Shown here: positions 41,773 to 51,246 of the stretch, piece by piece
Layout of the letters: each line of letters begins with the position of its first letter
How positions within the stretch are numbered: position 1 is the first letter of the stretch
Assembly (NCBI GenBank): GCA_049325335.1
Contig: JBMOMC010000007.1
Coordinates: 323,044-387,043 of the forward strand
From: Nitrospirota bacterium
GTDB taxonomy: Bacteria > Nitrospirota > Nitrospiria > 2-01-FULL-66-17
Length of the DNA: 64,000 nucleotides
Direction: 5' to 3'
Made by a program: the position numbers and the translations under genes
The notes under the pieces: model-generated
Seen by the model: only the letters and a program-made list of their open reading frames with translations
Database searches by the model: none
What the model was told of the DNA's origin: nothing

Positions 41773-42632
41773 GCCTCGCCCTCCGGCATGCGATCGCGCG
41801 CCGCGCGCGCGCGCGACAACGCGTCCAGCAACGCGCCGCCGTCGCCGCGCTCGATCGCGTCGCGCACTGATTCCACTTCCTTCAGATACGCCTTCAACGT
41901 CGCCAACACCGGCTCCCGGTTCATCAGGCAGATATCGCGCCACAGGTCGGGAGCCCCGCTCGCGATCCGCGTGGTATCGCGAAACCCGCCTGCCGCGAGC
42001 GCCAAAGCGCGCCCGTCCGCCGCGGCGGCCGCGGCGTTGACCAACGCGGCCGCCGCCACGTGCGGCACGTGGCTCACCGCGGCGACCAGTTCATCGTGCG
42101 CCGCGGGAGAGAGCCGCACCATCGACGCGCCCACGCCTGCCCACAGTCCTTCAACCACGTCGAGAGCGCGCGCGTCCGTACGCGGCGTGGGCGTGAGCAC
42201 GCATTGCGCGCCGTCGAATAGGTCGGCCGAGGCCGCGTCCACTCCGGAGCGCTCGCTCCCCGCCATGGGATGCCCGCCCACGAACCGAGAAAAGAGAGGT
42301 TCCAACCGCTCCACCACCCGGCTTTTCACGCTCCCCACGTCGGTCACGACCGTCGAATCCGCCGCGAACGGCGCGACCTCGCGGGCAACGGCTTCGATCC
42401 GCCCCACCGGGACCGCCAATACCGCCACGTCCGCCCCGCGCACCCCGTCGGCCATGGTCGCCATCGCGTGCACGACCCCGCGATCCACCGCGCGCCGACT
42501 CGACGCGGGGTCGATCTCCACGCCGATCACCTCGCGCGCCAAGCCGCGCTGTTTAGCAGCCCAAGCAAACGACCCGCCGATCAGGCCGACCCCGATCACG
42601 GTGAGGCGGCCAATCCGCGCCGGACGCGAAAT
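41769..42632 (-). CDS. tyrA: Prephenate dehydrogenase (start probably non-canonical ATT)
   Basis: GVGLIGGS, DVGSVK, GGHPMAG, SHVPH, FRDTTRIA. Confidence 0.93.
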   Translation of the reverse strand: MSRPARIGRLTVIGVGLIGGSFAWAAKQRGLAREVIGVEIDPASSRRAVDRGVVHAMATMADGVRGADVAVLAVPVGRIEAVAREVAPFAADSTVVTDVGSVKSRVVERLEPLFSRFVGGHPMAGSERSGVDAASADLFDGAQCVLTPTPRTDARALDVVEGLWAGVGASMVRLSPAAHDELVAAVSHVPHVAAAALVNAAAAAADGRALALAAGGFRDTTRIASGAPDLWRDICLMNREPVLATLKAYLKEVESVRDAIERGDGGALLDALSRARAARDRMPEGEA

Positions 42633-42633
42633 C

Positions 42634-43650
42634 TCAGATCTCCCGGCCTACGGCCTGTGCCACCTTGCGCAACTCGTCCATCACCGTGGTGAACTTCGCC
42701 GGGGTCAACGACTCTTCGCCGTCGCACAGCGCCTCCTCGGGATTGGTGTGAACCTCGATCAACAACCCGTCGCATCCCACGGCCACCGCGGCGCGCGCCA
42801 ACGGCGCGACCAAATCCCATCGCCCGGTGGCGTGGCTCGGGTCCACCACCACCGGCAAGTGCGACAACTTCTGGATCAGCGGCACCGCCGAGAGGTCGAG
42901 CGTGTTGCGCGTCTGGGTTTCGAACGTCCTGATCCCGCGTTCGCACAACATGAGGTTGTGGTTACCCCCCGCCATGATGTACTCCGCGGACAATAAAAAT
43001 TCCTTGATGGTGGCGGAGAGGCCGCGTTTGAGCAACACCGGCTTGCGTTGTTTGCCGATCTCGGTGAGCAGGCGGAAATTCTGCATGTTGCGCGCGCCGA
43101 TCTGGAGCACGTCCGCGTACTGCGCCACCAATTCGATGTCGCGCGGGTCCACGACCTCGGTGATGATGGGCAAGCCCGTGACCTTCTTGGCCTCGGCCAG
43201 GTACTGCAACCCCTCCTCGGCCAATCCCTGGAACGCGTAGGGAGAGGTGCGCGGCTTAAACGCCCCACCACGCAACACCCGCGCGCCCGCGCCCTTCACG
43301 GCCTTGGCCACGTCGGTGACCTGCGCCTTGGTTTCCACCGCGCACGGCCCGGCCATGACCGGCACCGTTTTCCCGCCGATCGTCACGCCGTCGCCCACCG
43401 TGACCACCGTGGTGTCCTTACGGAACTCACGGCTCACGAGTTTGTACGGCGAGAGGATCGGCGTGACGCTCTCCACCCCGGGGAATACCGCCAACGGCAC
43501 GTTCTGCATGGTCCGCTCGTCGCCGATGACGCCGATCACGCTCCGCTCTTGCCCTTTGGACAGGTGCGGCGAGAGCCCGCGCTCGCGGATCTTCTCCATA
43601 ATGTGATCGACTTGCGCCTGGGTAGCATCCGGTTTCAGTACGATGATCAT
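42634..43650 (-). CDS. aroF: DAHP synthase (class I-beta)
   Basis: [27 protein letters not shown]. Confidence 0.97.
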   Translation of the reverse strand: MIIVLKPDATQAQVDHIMEKIRERGLSPHLSKGQERSVIGVIGDERTMQNVPLAVFPGVESVTPILSPYKLVSREFRKDTTVVTVGDGVTIGGKTVPVMAGPCAVETKAQVTDVAKAVKGAGARVLRGGAFKPRTSPYAFQGLAEEGLQYLAEAKKVTGLPIITEVVDPRDIELVAQYADVLQIGARNMQNFRLLTEIGKQRKPVLLKRGLSATIKEFLLSAEYIMAGGNHNLMLCERGIRTFETQTRNTLDLSAVPLIQKLSHLPVVVDPSHATGRWDLVAPLARAAVAVGCDGLLIEVHTNPEEALCDGEESLTPAKFTTVMDELRKVAQAVGREI

Positions 43651-43678
43651 CGGTCGAACTCCTGTTGAACAATACGAG

Positions 43679-43772
43679 CCGGGGAGTCGGCGAACCGGCG
43701 AACCGGCGACAAGGATTGTTTCACCTCGCAGCCCTTCTCACCCCTTCTCCCCCTCACCCCTTCCCCCCCTCG
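43679..43772. repeat. Degenerate 8-mer tandem repeat tracts
   Basis: CCGGGGAG TCGGCGAA CCGGCGAA CCGGCGAC and minus-strand GAAGGGGT GAGGGGGA GAAGGGGT. Confidence 0.6.
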
Positions 43773-44863
43773 TCCGTTAGCACCTTTTCCAGCGCCGCCA
43801 TGCAGCGCGTATTTTCCTCCGGCAGTCCGATGGTGATCCGCAGCCACCGCCCGTCGAAGTGCCGCACGATCACGCCCTCGCGCAACAGCCGTTCGAACAG
43901 GGCGCGCGCGTCGCGGCCCACGTCGATGTAGAGAAAATTGGCTTCGCTCGGGAGCACCGCGAGACCAAGACGCGCGCACTCTTTCGTGAAATACGTCTTG
44001 CCCGCCGCGTTGACCATCCGACTCGCGCGCACATGCGCGTCGTCTCCCAACGCGGCGAGCGCCGCGGCTTGCGCCACGGTGCTCGCATTAAACGGCAATC
44101 GGATGCGGTTCATCCAATCCACGAGCTCGGCCGGTCCCACGCCGTACCCGATGCGCAGCCCCGCGAGACCGTAGATTTTGGAGAACGTCCGGAGGATCAC
44201 CACCCGGCGCCCCTCCTCCATCACCCCGCCCCAGAACGGGAAATCCGCGGACGTGACGTAATCTTCATACGCGTGATCACAGACCGCCACCACGTGCGGG
44301 GGCAGCCGGTCGATCGCGTCGAGTACCTCGCGTCGCGAGAGCGCGGTGCCGGTCGGGCTGTTGGGATTGCAGATGAAGAACAGCTTGGTCCGGTCGGTCA
44401 CGCGAGCCAACATGGCGGCCAGGTCGTGGCGGCCGGCCGTCAACGGCACTTCCACGGGCGTGCCTTGGTGCGACAACACTGCGATCCGGTACACGCCGAA
44501 CGTGGGCGCGGCCATCACCGCCTCGTCCCCGGGCGCGAGCAACACGTTGCACAGCAACGCGACCACTTCGTCCGACCCGTTGCCCAAGATCACTTGGTCC
44601 GGCCCCACCCCGAATTTCGAGGCAAGAGCCTCTCGCAATACCACGCCGGCGCCGTCCGGATAGCGGTGTACCCCCTCCAACACTTCCCGCACGGCCTTGA
44701 GCGCGGCGGGCGAAGGCCCCAACGGGTTTTCATTCGACGCGAGCTTGATCGCGTGCGAGACCCCATATTCGCGCTCCACCTCGGCCACGGGTTTGCCGGG
44801 CACGTAGGGCGCGATGCGGGAGAGTTCCGGGCGGACGCGAAACGACATGGCCGATCGACTCAC
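43754..44863 (-). CDS. hisC: Histidinol-phosphate aminotransferase
   Basis: KLASNENP, GNGSDE, RTFSKIYGLAGLRIGY. Confidence 0.96.
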   Translation of the reverse strand: MSRSAMSFRVRPELSRIAPYVPGKPVAEVEREYGVSHAIKLASNENPLGPSPAALKAVREVLEGVHRYPDGAGVVLREALASKFGVGPDQVILGNGSDEVVALLCNVLLAPGDEAVMAAPTFGVYRIAVLSHQGTPVEVPLTAGRHDLAAMLARVTDRTKLFFICNPNSPTGTALSRREVLDAIDRLPPHVVAVCDHAYEDYVTSADFPFWGGVMEEGRRVVILRTFSKIYGLAGLRIGYGVGPAELVDWMNRIRLPFNASTVAQAAALAALGDDAHVRASRMVNAAGKTYFTKECARLGLAVLPSEANFLYIDVGRDARALFERLLREGVIVRHFDGRWLRITIGLPEENTRCMAALEKVLTDEGGKG

Positions 44864-45930
44864 GCGGTTCGAGGGTATGACCCGAGGACTTTGAGCACTT
44901 GACAGCGCGGACGGAGCGCGTCCAACGCCTTCTTGACCGGTTCGTCGTCCACGTGCCCTTCAACGTCGATGTAAAAGAAATACTCCCACGCCTTGCGGCG
45001 CGACGGCCGCGACTCGATTTTGGTCAGACTGAGTCCGAACTCCGCAAAGGGTTTGAGCATGTCGTAGAGCGCGCCCACCCGGTCCTGGACCGACACCATG
45101 ATCGACGTCTTGTCCCGGCCGGTCCGCTCGGGCGAACGCGGCGCGATCAACAGAAACCGGGTCGTGTTGTTCGGATTGTCCTCGATCCGCTTCTGGATCA
45201 CGGACAACCCATACAACCGGGCCGCCACCTCGGACGCGATCGCAGCGGCATCAGGCTCGTCACGGCACATTTCCGCGGCGCGCGCCGTGCTGGAGACCTC
45301 CACGACCGGAATATTCGGCACGTGTTGGGCCAGCCACCCTCGGCACTGGCCGATGGGCTGGGGATGCGAGTAGATGCGTTTGACGTCCTCGATCGCGCCC
45401 GAACGCGACAGGAGGTAGTGCGAAATTTCCTGGACGATCTCCCCCGCGATCTTGAGCTGCGACTCCGCGAGCAGGTCCAACGTGTGGGTGACCACGCCCT
45501 CGGTGGAGTTCTCGATCGGCACCACCCCGTAGTCCGCGCGCCCGCGCTCCACCTCGTTGAAGACGTCTTTGATGGTGTTGACCGCGATCGCGGCCGCCGA
45601 CGCGCCGAACTGCTTGAGACACGCCACGTGCGTAAACGTGCCGGGCGGGCCGAAATACGCCACTTTCAAGGGTTGTTCGAGCGCCAGCGACGCGGACATG
45701 ATTTCCCGAAACACCGCGCGCATGCCGTCGTTGGGAAAGGGCCCGGGGTTCTCCCGCTCCAGGCGTTCGAGAATCTCCTGCTCTCGGCGCGGCGCATGCA
45801 CCTGCGCCTGGTGCTCACGTTTGATCCGGCCGACCTCGGTGACGATCTCCGCGCGACGGTTCAGGAGACCGAGAATCGTATCATCGATCTCGTCGATCCG
45901 GGTACGCAGCGATTGTAGGCTCTTCTCCAC
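44860..45930 (-). CDS. pheA: Chorismate mutase/prephenate dehydratase
   Basis: LRTRIDEID, PIENSTEG, TRF, KIESRP. Confidence 0.98.
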   Translation of the reverse strand: MEKSLQSLRTRIDEIDDTILGLLNRRAEIVTEVGRIKREHQAQVHAPRREQEILERLERENPGPFPNDGMRAVFREIMSASLALEQPLKVAYFGPPGTFTHVACLKQFGASAAAIAVNTIKDVFNEVERGRADYGVVPIENSTEGVVTHTLDLLAESQLKIAGEIVQEISHYLLSRSGAIEDVKRIYSHPQPIGQCRGWLAQHVPNIPVVEVSSTARAAEMCRDEPDAAAIASEVAARLYGLSVIQKRIEDNPNNTTRFLLIAPRSPERTGRDKTSIMVSVQDRVGALYDMLKPFAEFGLSLTKIESRPSRRKAWEYFFYIDVEGHVDDEPVKKALDALRPRCQVLKVLGSYPRTA

Positions 45931-46083
45931 GATAATCGTGTCTCCGGCCCTACGCGCCTTGCCCTACGAGCGCCGGTGAAAGGTGTCACATCATAAAGTA
46001 TTTCAAGGGGTTTTGCAATGCGCCGAGGGGTCCGAGGGTCCTCGGATCGATGTCGCCGCAGCGTCTCCGGCGTATGTCCCGTT

Positions 46084-46119
46084 AAAAAAAGAACGGGCGG
46101 GAGATGATCCCGCCCGTTC
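46084..46119 (-). terminator. Rho-independent terminator of smbP
   Basis: GAACGGGCGGGA-TCATC-TCCCGCCCGTTC followed by T7. Confidence 0.9.
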
Positions 46120-46139
46120 CAGACAACGAACAGAACCCG

Positions 46140-46493
46140 TTATTTCACTTCGCTCAAATGTTTGACCGCTTCTTCGGCATGTTTGGTGGCCACGTCCGCG
46201 TGTCCGGCTTTGCCGTGAGACACGGCGTTCTCCAGTTCCTTCACCGCGCCGGCCATGTGCATGTCCTTTGCGTGCGCCTGCGCACTCTTGGCGTGTTTTA
46301 ACGCGCCTTCCGCATGTTCGACCAACACGTCGGCATGTCCGGCCTTGCCGTGCTCAACGGCTTCTTTGGCGTGAGTCAAGGCTTCCGCCACGTGTTCATC
46401 CCCCGCCAGCGCGACCGACTGGAACACCGGCGCGCCGACCAGACCGAGCACCGCGCCCAATACCAGCCCACCCAGAACCATCCGCCTCGCCAT
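46140..46493 (-). CDS. smbP: Small periplasmic His-rich metal-binding protein (SmbP-like)
   Basis: Signal peptide; His every 7 residues in two repeats (HAKEAVEHGKAGHAD / AVSHGKAGHAD). Confidence 0.85.
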   Translation of the reverse strand: MARRMVLGGLVLGAVLGLVGAPVFQSVALAGDEHVAEALTHAKEAVEHGKAGHADVLVEHAEGALKHAKSAQAHAKDMHMAGAVKELENAVSHGKAGHADVATKHAEEAVKHLSEVK

Positions 46494-46646
46494 GTACCAA
46501 CCTCCTGTTGTGAGACCGTCCATCACACCGTTCGCACCCGCGGTGCGACCCCATCCGCCGTCGGCGCGAGAGTACGCCGACGGTATCCACGGTGTCAAGC
46601 TTGGCATGAGACGCGCGGGCCAACCCACCCCGCGAGCCCCCCAACC

Positions 46647-48491
46647 CTACCGGCGACGGGACATCCCTCGCCCGGCACCTCGGCCCCGCGCGCGCGGGGC
46701 CAGCGCGGTTTCGGCCAGGGTTTCCGCTTCATCCACCCACGATTCGAGCACCGCGATCCCGCCGTCCCAGAACCCGGGCGCGCCCAAGTCAATGCCCAGC
46801 GGCGCCAACAACCGTTCCGGCGCGTCCGACCCGCCCGCGGACAACAACGCGAGATACTTGGGAACAAAACCTTGTCCCTCGTCGAGATATCGTCGGTAGA
46901 GCGCAAACACCAGGAGCGCCCCGAACGCGTACGCGTAGCAGTAAAACGGCGTGTGCACGAAGTGGGGGATGTAGCTCCACCAGCGCGCGTAGTCCGCGGT
47001 CAGGGTCACGCTGTCGCCGAACATCGCGCGGTTGGCGTCCACCCACATCACATTGATCCGCTCGATCGGAAGTTCGTCTTCGCGCCGACGCGCGTCGTGA
47101 AACGCCTGCTCGAACCGCGTGAGCACGACTTGGCGAAACACGGTCGAACACGACTCCTCGATCTTCCCGCAAATCAGGGCGAGCGCCCGCCGCGGGTCCC
47201 GCTCCGCGTCCTTGAGCGCGCAAAAGACCAACATCTCGCCGAACACCGACGCGGTCTCCGCCATAGTCAGCGGCGTGTCGGCCTGTAAACAACCCTGCGC
47301 GCGCGAGCGGTATTGGTGCACGCCGTGCCCCAGTTCGTGCGCGAGCGTCATGACGTCGCGCGAGGTACCGGTGTAGTTCATCAACACGTAGGGATGCGCG
47401 GACGGCACCGCGCCGTGGGAAAACGCGCCGCCCCGCTTGCCGGGCCGGATCGCGGCGTCGATCCAGCGGTCCTCGAAAAAGCGCGAGGCGATCTCGGCCA
47501 TGTCGGGCGAAAACGCGCCGAACGCGTCGAGCACGGTCCGGCGGGCCTGGCCCCACGGAATCGAGCGGTCCTTGGCCGCCAACGGCGCGTAGCGGTCGTA
47601 GTCGTACAAACGCTCCACCCCGAGCAGGCGCCGCTTCAGCCGGTAATACCGCTGCACCAGTGGATACCCGCGTTCCACGGCCGCGAGCAGCGCGTCCACC
47701 GCGGGCTGTTCGATCTCATTGGCGAGGTTACGGGAGGCCATGGGCGCGGGAAGTTTGCGCAACCGGTCCGTGTCCGCCTGATCCGCGGCGATGACGTTGA
47801 ACACGTAGGTCAACACGTGCGCGTGCGCGTCGAGCCCAGCGGTGAGTCCGCGCGCTGCGGCCTTGCGCGCCGCGCGATTCGGCGCGTGCAGCCGCGCCAA
47901 CGTCTCCTGTTCGCTCAACCGTTCCCGCTTGCGGCCGAGGACCACGTCGAATCGCGCGCGGCTCAACACTTCATCGAACAGCCGCTGAAACGCGTGCGCA
48001 CCGGTGTTGGCCTTGGTTTCCAGGACCACTTCTTCGGGCTCCGACAGCCGATACGGCCCCAAGCGCCGCTCGACTTCGAGATAATGCCGATACCGGGCCA
48101 GTTCAGGCGACGCCATGTAGTCCTTGGCCCTGGCCTCCGGCACCGCGCTCCACTCCAACTCAAAAAACGTGAGGCGCTGGCGCAGCGCAGTGCCCTGCTC
48201 CTGCGACTTTTGATACAAGGCGCCGTGGCGCGGCGCGGACATGTCCGCGCTGAAGAGCAACGACGCGTACGTGCCGACCTTGCGGAGCCGCTCGTACAGG
48301 GCTTCGAGCTGCGCCACGGCCGCGGCCAGCTCCGCCGGGGACAGGGTCCCCGGCGCCACGCGGCCGCGATAGCGGCGCTGGAACGCCTCGGCCTGGGCCA
48401 ATGTCTCCTCCACGTCACGAGTCAGCGCCGGGTCATCCGGCCCCGCATACAGATCAGCCAAACTCCACGACGGCGCGTCAATGCGTGTCAC
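46647..48491 (-). CDS. M3B oligoendopeptidase F family
   Basis: GKRGGAF, TLAHELGHGVH, AETAS. Confidence 0.93.
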   Translation of the reverse strand: MTRIDAPSWSLADLYAGPDDPALTRDVEETLAQAEAFQRRYRGRVAPGTLSPAELAAAVAQLEALYERLRKVGTYASLLFSADMSAPRHGALYQKSQEQGTALRQRLTFFELEWSAVPEARAKDYMASPELARYRHYLEVERRLGPYRLSEPEEVVLETKANTGAHAFQRLFDEVLSRARFDVVLGRKRERLSEQETLARLHAPNRAARKAAARGLTAGLDAHAHVLTYVFNVIAADQADTDRLRKLPAPMASRNLANEIEQPAVDALLAAVERGYPLVQRYYRLKRRLLGVERLYDYDRYAPLAAKDRSIPWGQARRTVLDAFGAFSPDMAEIASRFFEDRWIDAAIRPGKRGGAFSHGAVPSAHPYVLMNYTGTSRDVMTLAHELGHGVHQYRSRAQGCLQADTPLTMAETASVFGEMLVFCALKDAERDPRRALALICGKIEESCSTVFRQVVLTRFEQAFHDARRREDELPIERINVMWVDANRAMFGDSVTLTADYARWWSYIPHFVHTPFYCYAYAFGALLVFALYRRYLDEGQGFVPKYLALLSAGGSDAPERLLAPLGIDLGAPGFWDGGIAVLESWVDEAETLAETALAPRARGRGAGRGMSRRR

Positions 48492-49476
48492 GTGTCCCTC
48501 CCGATTGTTCCTTGAACATGGTGGCGATGACGGTTTCGATCGCCACCTCCTCGATCGACAAATCCTCGACCGGCAACGCCGAGAGGAGGCCTTGCGCGGT
48601 TTGGGCCAAGTCTTTCTTCGGCACGTTCAAAGTCACGCTCAATCCGTTGTGCTCCGTGACCTCGCCGAACCGCGCGAGCGCCGGCGGCGCCACCGCCTGC
48701 GTCAACCGCAGCGTGACGATCTTATGGTCCACGTACCGATCGGCCAACTCGGCCAACGCGCCGTCGTAAATGATCCGGCCGTCGTTGATCACCAGCACGC
48801 GACGGCACAACCGCTCCACGTCGCGCATGTAGTGGCTGGTCAAAATCACGGTGGTCCGGTTGGTGCGATTGTAGGCGTCGATAAACGCCCGGATGTTCTC
48901 CTGCGACACCACGTCCAACCCGATGGTGGGTTCGTCCAAGAACAACACGCGCGGCTGGTGCAGCAGCGCCGCGATCAGCTCGCACTTCATCCGCTCGCCC
49001 ATCGACAGCTTGCGGACCTGCACGTCCAGGAGCTGGCCGACCCCGAGGATCTCGACCAGTTCGTCCAGGGTGCGCCGGTACGCCGACCGATCGATCTCGT
49101 AAATATCGCGGTTGAGTTCGAAGGATTCGCGCGCCGGCAAGTCCCACCACAGTTGATTCTTCTGGCCCATGACAATGGCGAATTGCCGCTGGTACGCGGG
49201 CTCGCGTTTCCACGGCACGTGACCCAGCACCGTGACCTCCCCCGACGTCGGATACAAAATGCCCGACAGGATTTTGAGCGTGGTGGTCTTGCCCGCGCCG
49301 TTGGGCCCCAGAAACCCGACCAGTTCGCCTTCGTTGATGGAAAACGCGACGTCCTTGACCGCGTGGTGATACAACGTCTCGCGCCAAAACAAACTCTTGA
49401 GCGATCCTTTGAGCCCTGGCTCTTTTTTGAAGTAATCGAAGGTCTTGTTCAGACCTTTGACGTTTATCGCAACCAC
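48478..49476 (-). CDS. ABC transporter ATP-binding protein
   Basis: GPNGAGKTT, LSMGE, LDEPT. Confidence 0.95.
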   Translation of the reverse strand: MVAINVKGLNKTFDYFKKEPGLKGSLKSLFWRETLYHHAVKDVAFSINEGELVGFLGPNGAGKTTTLKILSGILYPTSGEVTVLGHVPWKREPAYQRQFAIVMGQKNQLWWDLPARESFELNRDIYEIDRSAYRRTLDELVEILGVGQLLDVQVRKLSMGERMKCELIAALLHQPRVLFLDEPTIGLDVVSQENIRAFIDAYNRTNRTTVILTSHYMRDVERLCRRVLVINDGRIIYDGALAELADRYVDHKIVTLRLTQAVAPPALARFGEVTEHNGLSVTLNVPKKDLAQTAQGLLSALPVEDLSIEEVAIETVIATMFKEQSGGTRDTH

Positions 49477-49483
49477 GTCTTCC

Positions 49484-50365
49484 CTACGAGCTCGCCGACG
49501 AGTAGTGGCGCAAACTGAGGTTCCACACGGCCATCGAGACCGTCATCATCGCCGCCGCCACCCCGACCGCCAGTCCGATCAGCCCCCAGTCCGTTCGCCC
49601 AGCCAAAACCGAGGCCGGCACCGTGGCGATCAAGCTGACCGGAATCACGAACGTGAAGATCGCTTTGCCCAGCCCGCGGAAAATGTCTCGTGGATACCGC
49701 GCGGTTTCCATGAACGTGTACACGATGGTATTGAGCTCCTGGGATTTGACGATCCAGAACACCGCGCTGTTGATCAGCAGACAGAACGCGTAATAGATCG
49801 TCAACGAGACGCCGAGCAGCGCCACGTACAGGGGCAATCCGGCCCATGACGCGTCGAGATGGGAGAACCCATATCCGACGAGCGCCACCCCCATGACCCC
49901 CTCGCCCAGACTCTCGGTCAATGACACGTGCCGAAAACCCAGATGGACGTTGGGCCGCACGGGTTTGACCAATAAGACGTCGAATTGCCCGGTGCGTACG
50001 TAGTCGCCTAGTTCCAAGAACCCTTGCCGAAAGAGCAAATAGGCCGCCTCGCGGACCAGACCCACGCTGCCGATGAGGATCACCGTCTGATGAAACGTCC
50101 ACCCGCCGATCGTGGTCACGTTCGTAAAGAGAATGGCGAAAAAGATCACGTTGACCGCCATGAACCCGATATCCATCCCCACGTTCAACAAAAAATTCGT
50201 CCGGTAGATCATCTCGTTTTTGAGATTGTGCGTCAGAAACGACACGTACAACCGCCCCAACGCCCCAGCCTCTCGCAGAATTCCTCCCTTCTCCCTTTCT
50301 CCCCCTCCCCCCCTCACCCCCTCGGTCTTGCTCCCCTCCCCCCTTCGCCCCATCGCCGGTTCCAT
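49484..50365 (-). CDS. ABC-2 family permease (start uncertain)
   Basis: YRTNF, GQFDVLLVKP, RYPRDIF, YSSASS end; hydrophobic helices. Confidence 0.88.
   Translation of the reverse strand: MEPAMGRRGEGSKTEGVRGGGGEREKGGILREAGALGRLYVSFLTHNLKNEMIYRTNFLLNVGMDIGFMAVNVIFFAILFTNVTTIGGWTFHQTVILIGSVGLVREAAYLLFRQGFLELGDYVRTGQFDVLLVKPVRPNVHLGFRHVSLTESLGEGVMGVALVGYGFSHLDASWAGLPLYVALLGVSLTIYYAFCLLINSAVFWIVKSQELNTIVYTFMETARYPRDIFRGLGKAIFTFVIPVSLIATVPASVLAGRTDWGLIGLAVGVAAAMMTVSMAVWNLSLRHYSSASS
50283..50362. repeat. Purine-rich 8-mer tandem repeat tract
   Basis: Minus strand GAACCGGC GATGGGGC GAAGGGGG GAGGGGAG ... GAGGGGGT GAGGGGGG GAGGGGGA GAAAGGGA. Confidence 0.6.
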
Positions 50366-50369
50366 CAGT

Positions 50370-51158
50370 TCAGTTCCCCACGGCTTCATACCGCGCAATG
50401 CCTCGCGCCAACCCCCAACGGGCCACGACGAAGATTGCCGCGATCCACGCCGCGGCGGTTCCGAGATCCAGCCAGAGGTCCGGGCGCTTCTCGAGGAAAA
50501 TCTGGATCGGCACGAACACCAGATATTGGAACGGCAACATCGCGGCGACCCTTCCGAGCGCGTCCGGAAACACGTCGAGCGGCAACAGGGTGCCGGCGAA
50601 AAAGAACATGGCGTACTGCAACATGTACTTAAACACCCGCACCTGCACCAACCAGAACGCCATTAATCCGATGCAGAACTCTAACGCAAAGGCCAGCAAC
50701 ACGCCCAATGCCAGCGCCGCCGCAAACGCCAGGTACGTGGTATGGCGCTCGGGCAGCCGGACCATGGGGCCCACGGCCATCCACAGCCCGCCCACCACGG
50801 CCGCAACCACCGCGGTTTCGAACAGTTTCCCGGACGCGTTCATGGTCAGCCAATACGTCAGGTAATCGATGGGCTTGACCAGAAAGTGTGAGAAGAACCC
50901 CTCGCGGATATGGTCGATGATCTCCCAGCTCACGTACGAGATCACCACGGTGTTGATCACGAATTGCAGGAGGTAATACGTCACCAGCTCGGACAACGCG
51001 TACGATCCGATCCGGCCGCCGTCGCGATAGATCGCGGTCCATAAATACAGGAGCACCGAGACGGTCAGCGTGTATCCGACGATGTAGATGATGGTGGGCG
51101 CGCGATACTGGAGAGAGTTGAGCCAGTTGACGCGAAACACCGTGAGGTATTTGCGCAC
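50370..51158 (-). CDS. ABC-2 family permease
   Basis: IREGFFSHFLVKP, GTLLPLDVFP, LPFQY. Confidence 0.9.
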   Translation of the reverse strand: MRKYLTVFRVNWLNSLQYRAPTIIYIVGYTLTVSVLLYLWTAIYRDGGRIGSYALSELVTYYLLQFVINTVVISYVSWEIIDHIREGFFSHFLVKPIDYLTYWLTMNASGKLFETAVVAAVVGGLWMAVGPMVRLPERHTTYLAFAAALALGVLLAFALEFCIGLMAFWLVQVRVFKYMLQYAMFFFAGTLLPLDVFPDALGRVAAMLPFQYLVFVPIQIFLEKRPDLWLDLGTAAAWIAAIFVVARWGLARGIARYEAVGN

Positions 51159-51246
51159 CGCGTCATTGTACGCAATCCACTCCCCTTGACGCAAAGCGAC
51201 CAAGCCGGCGTTTGCCGCGTGTCGCGAAAACCCTTAGAATCACCCC

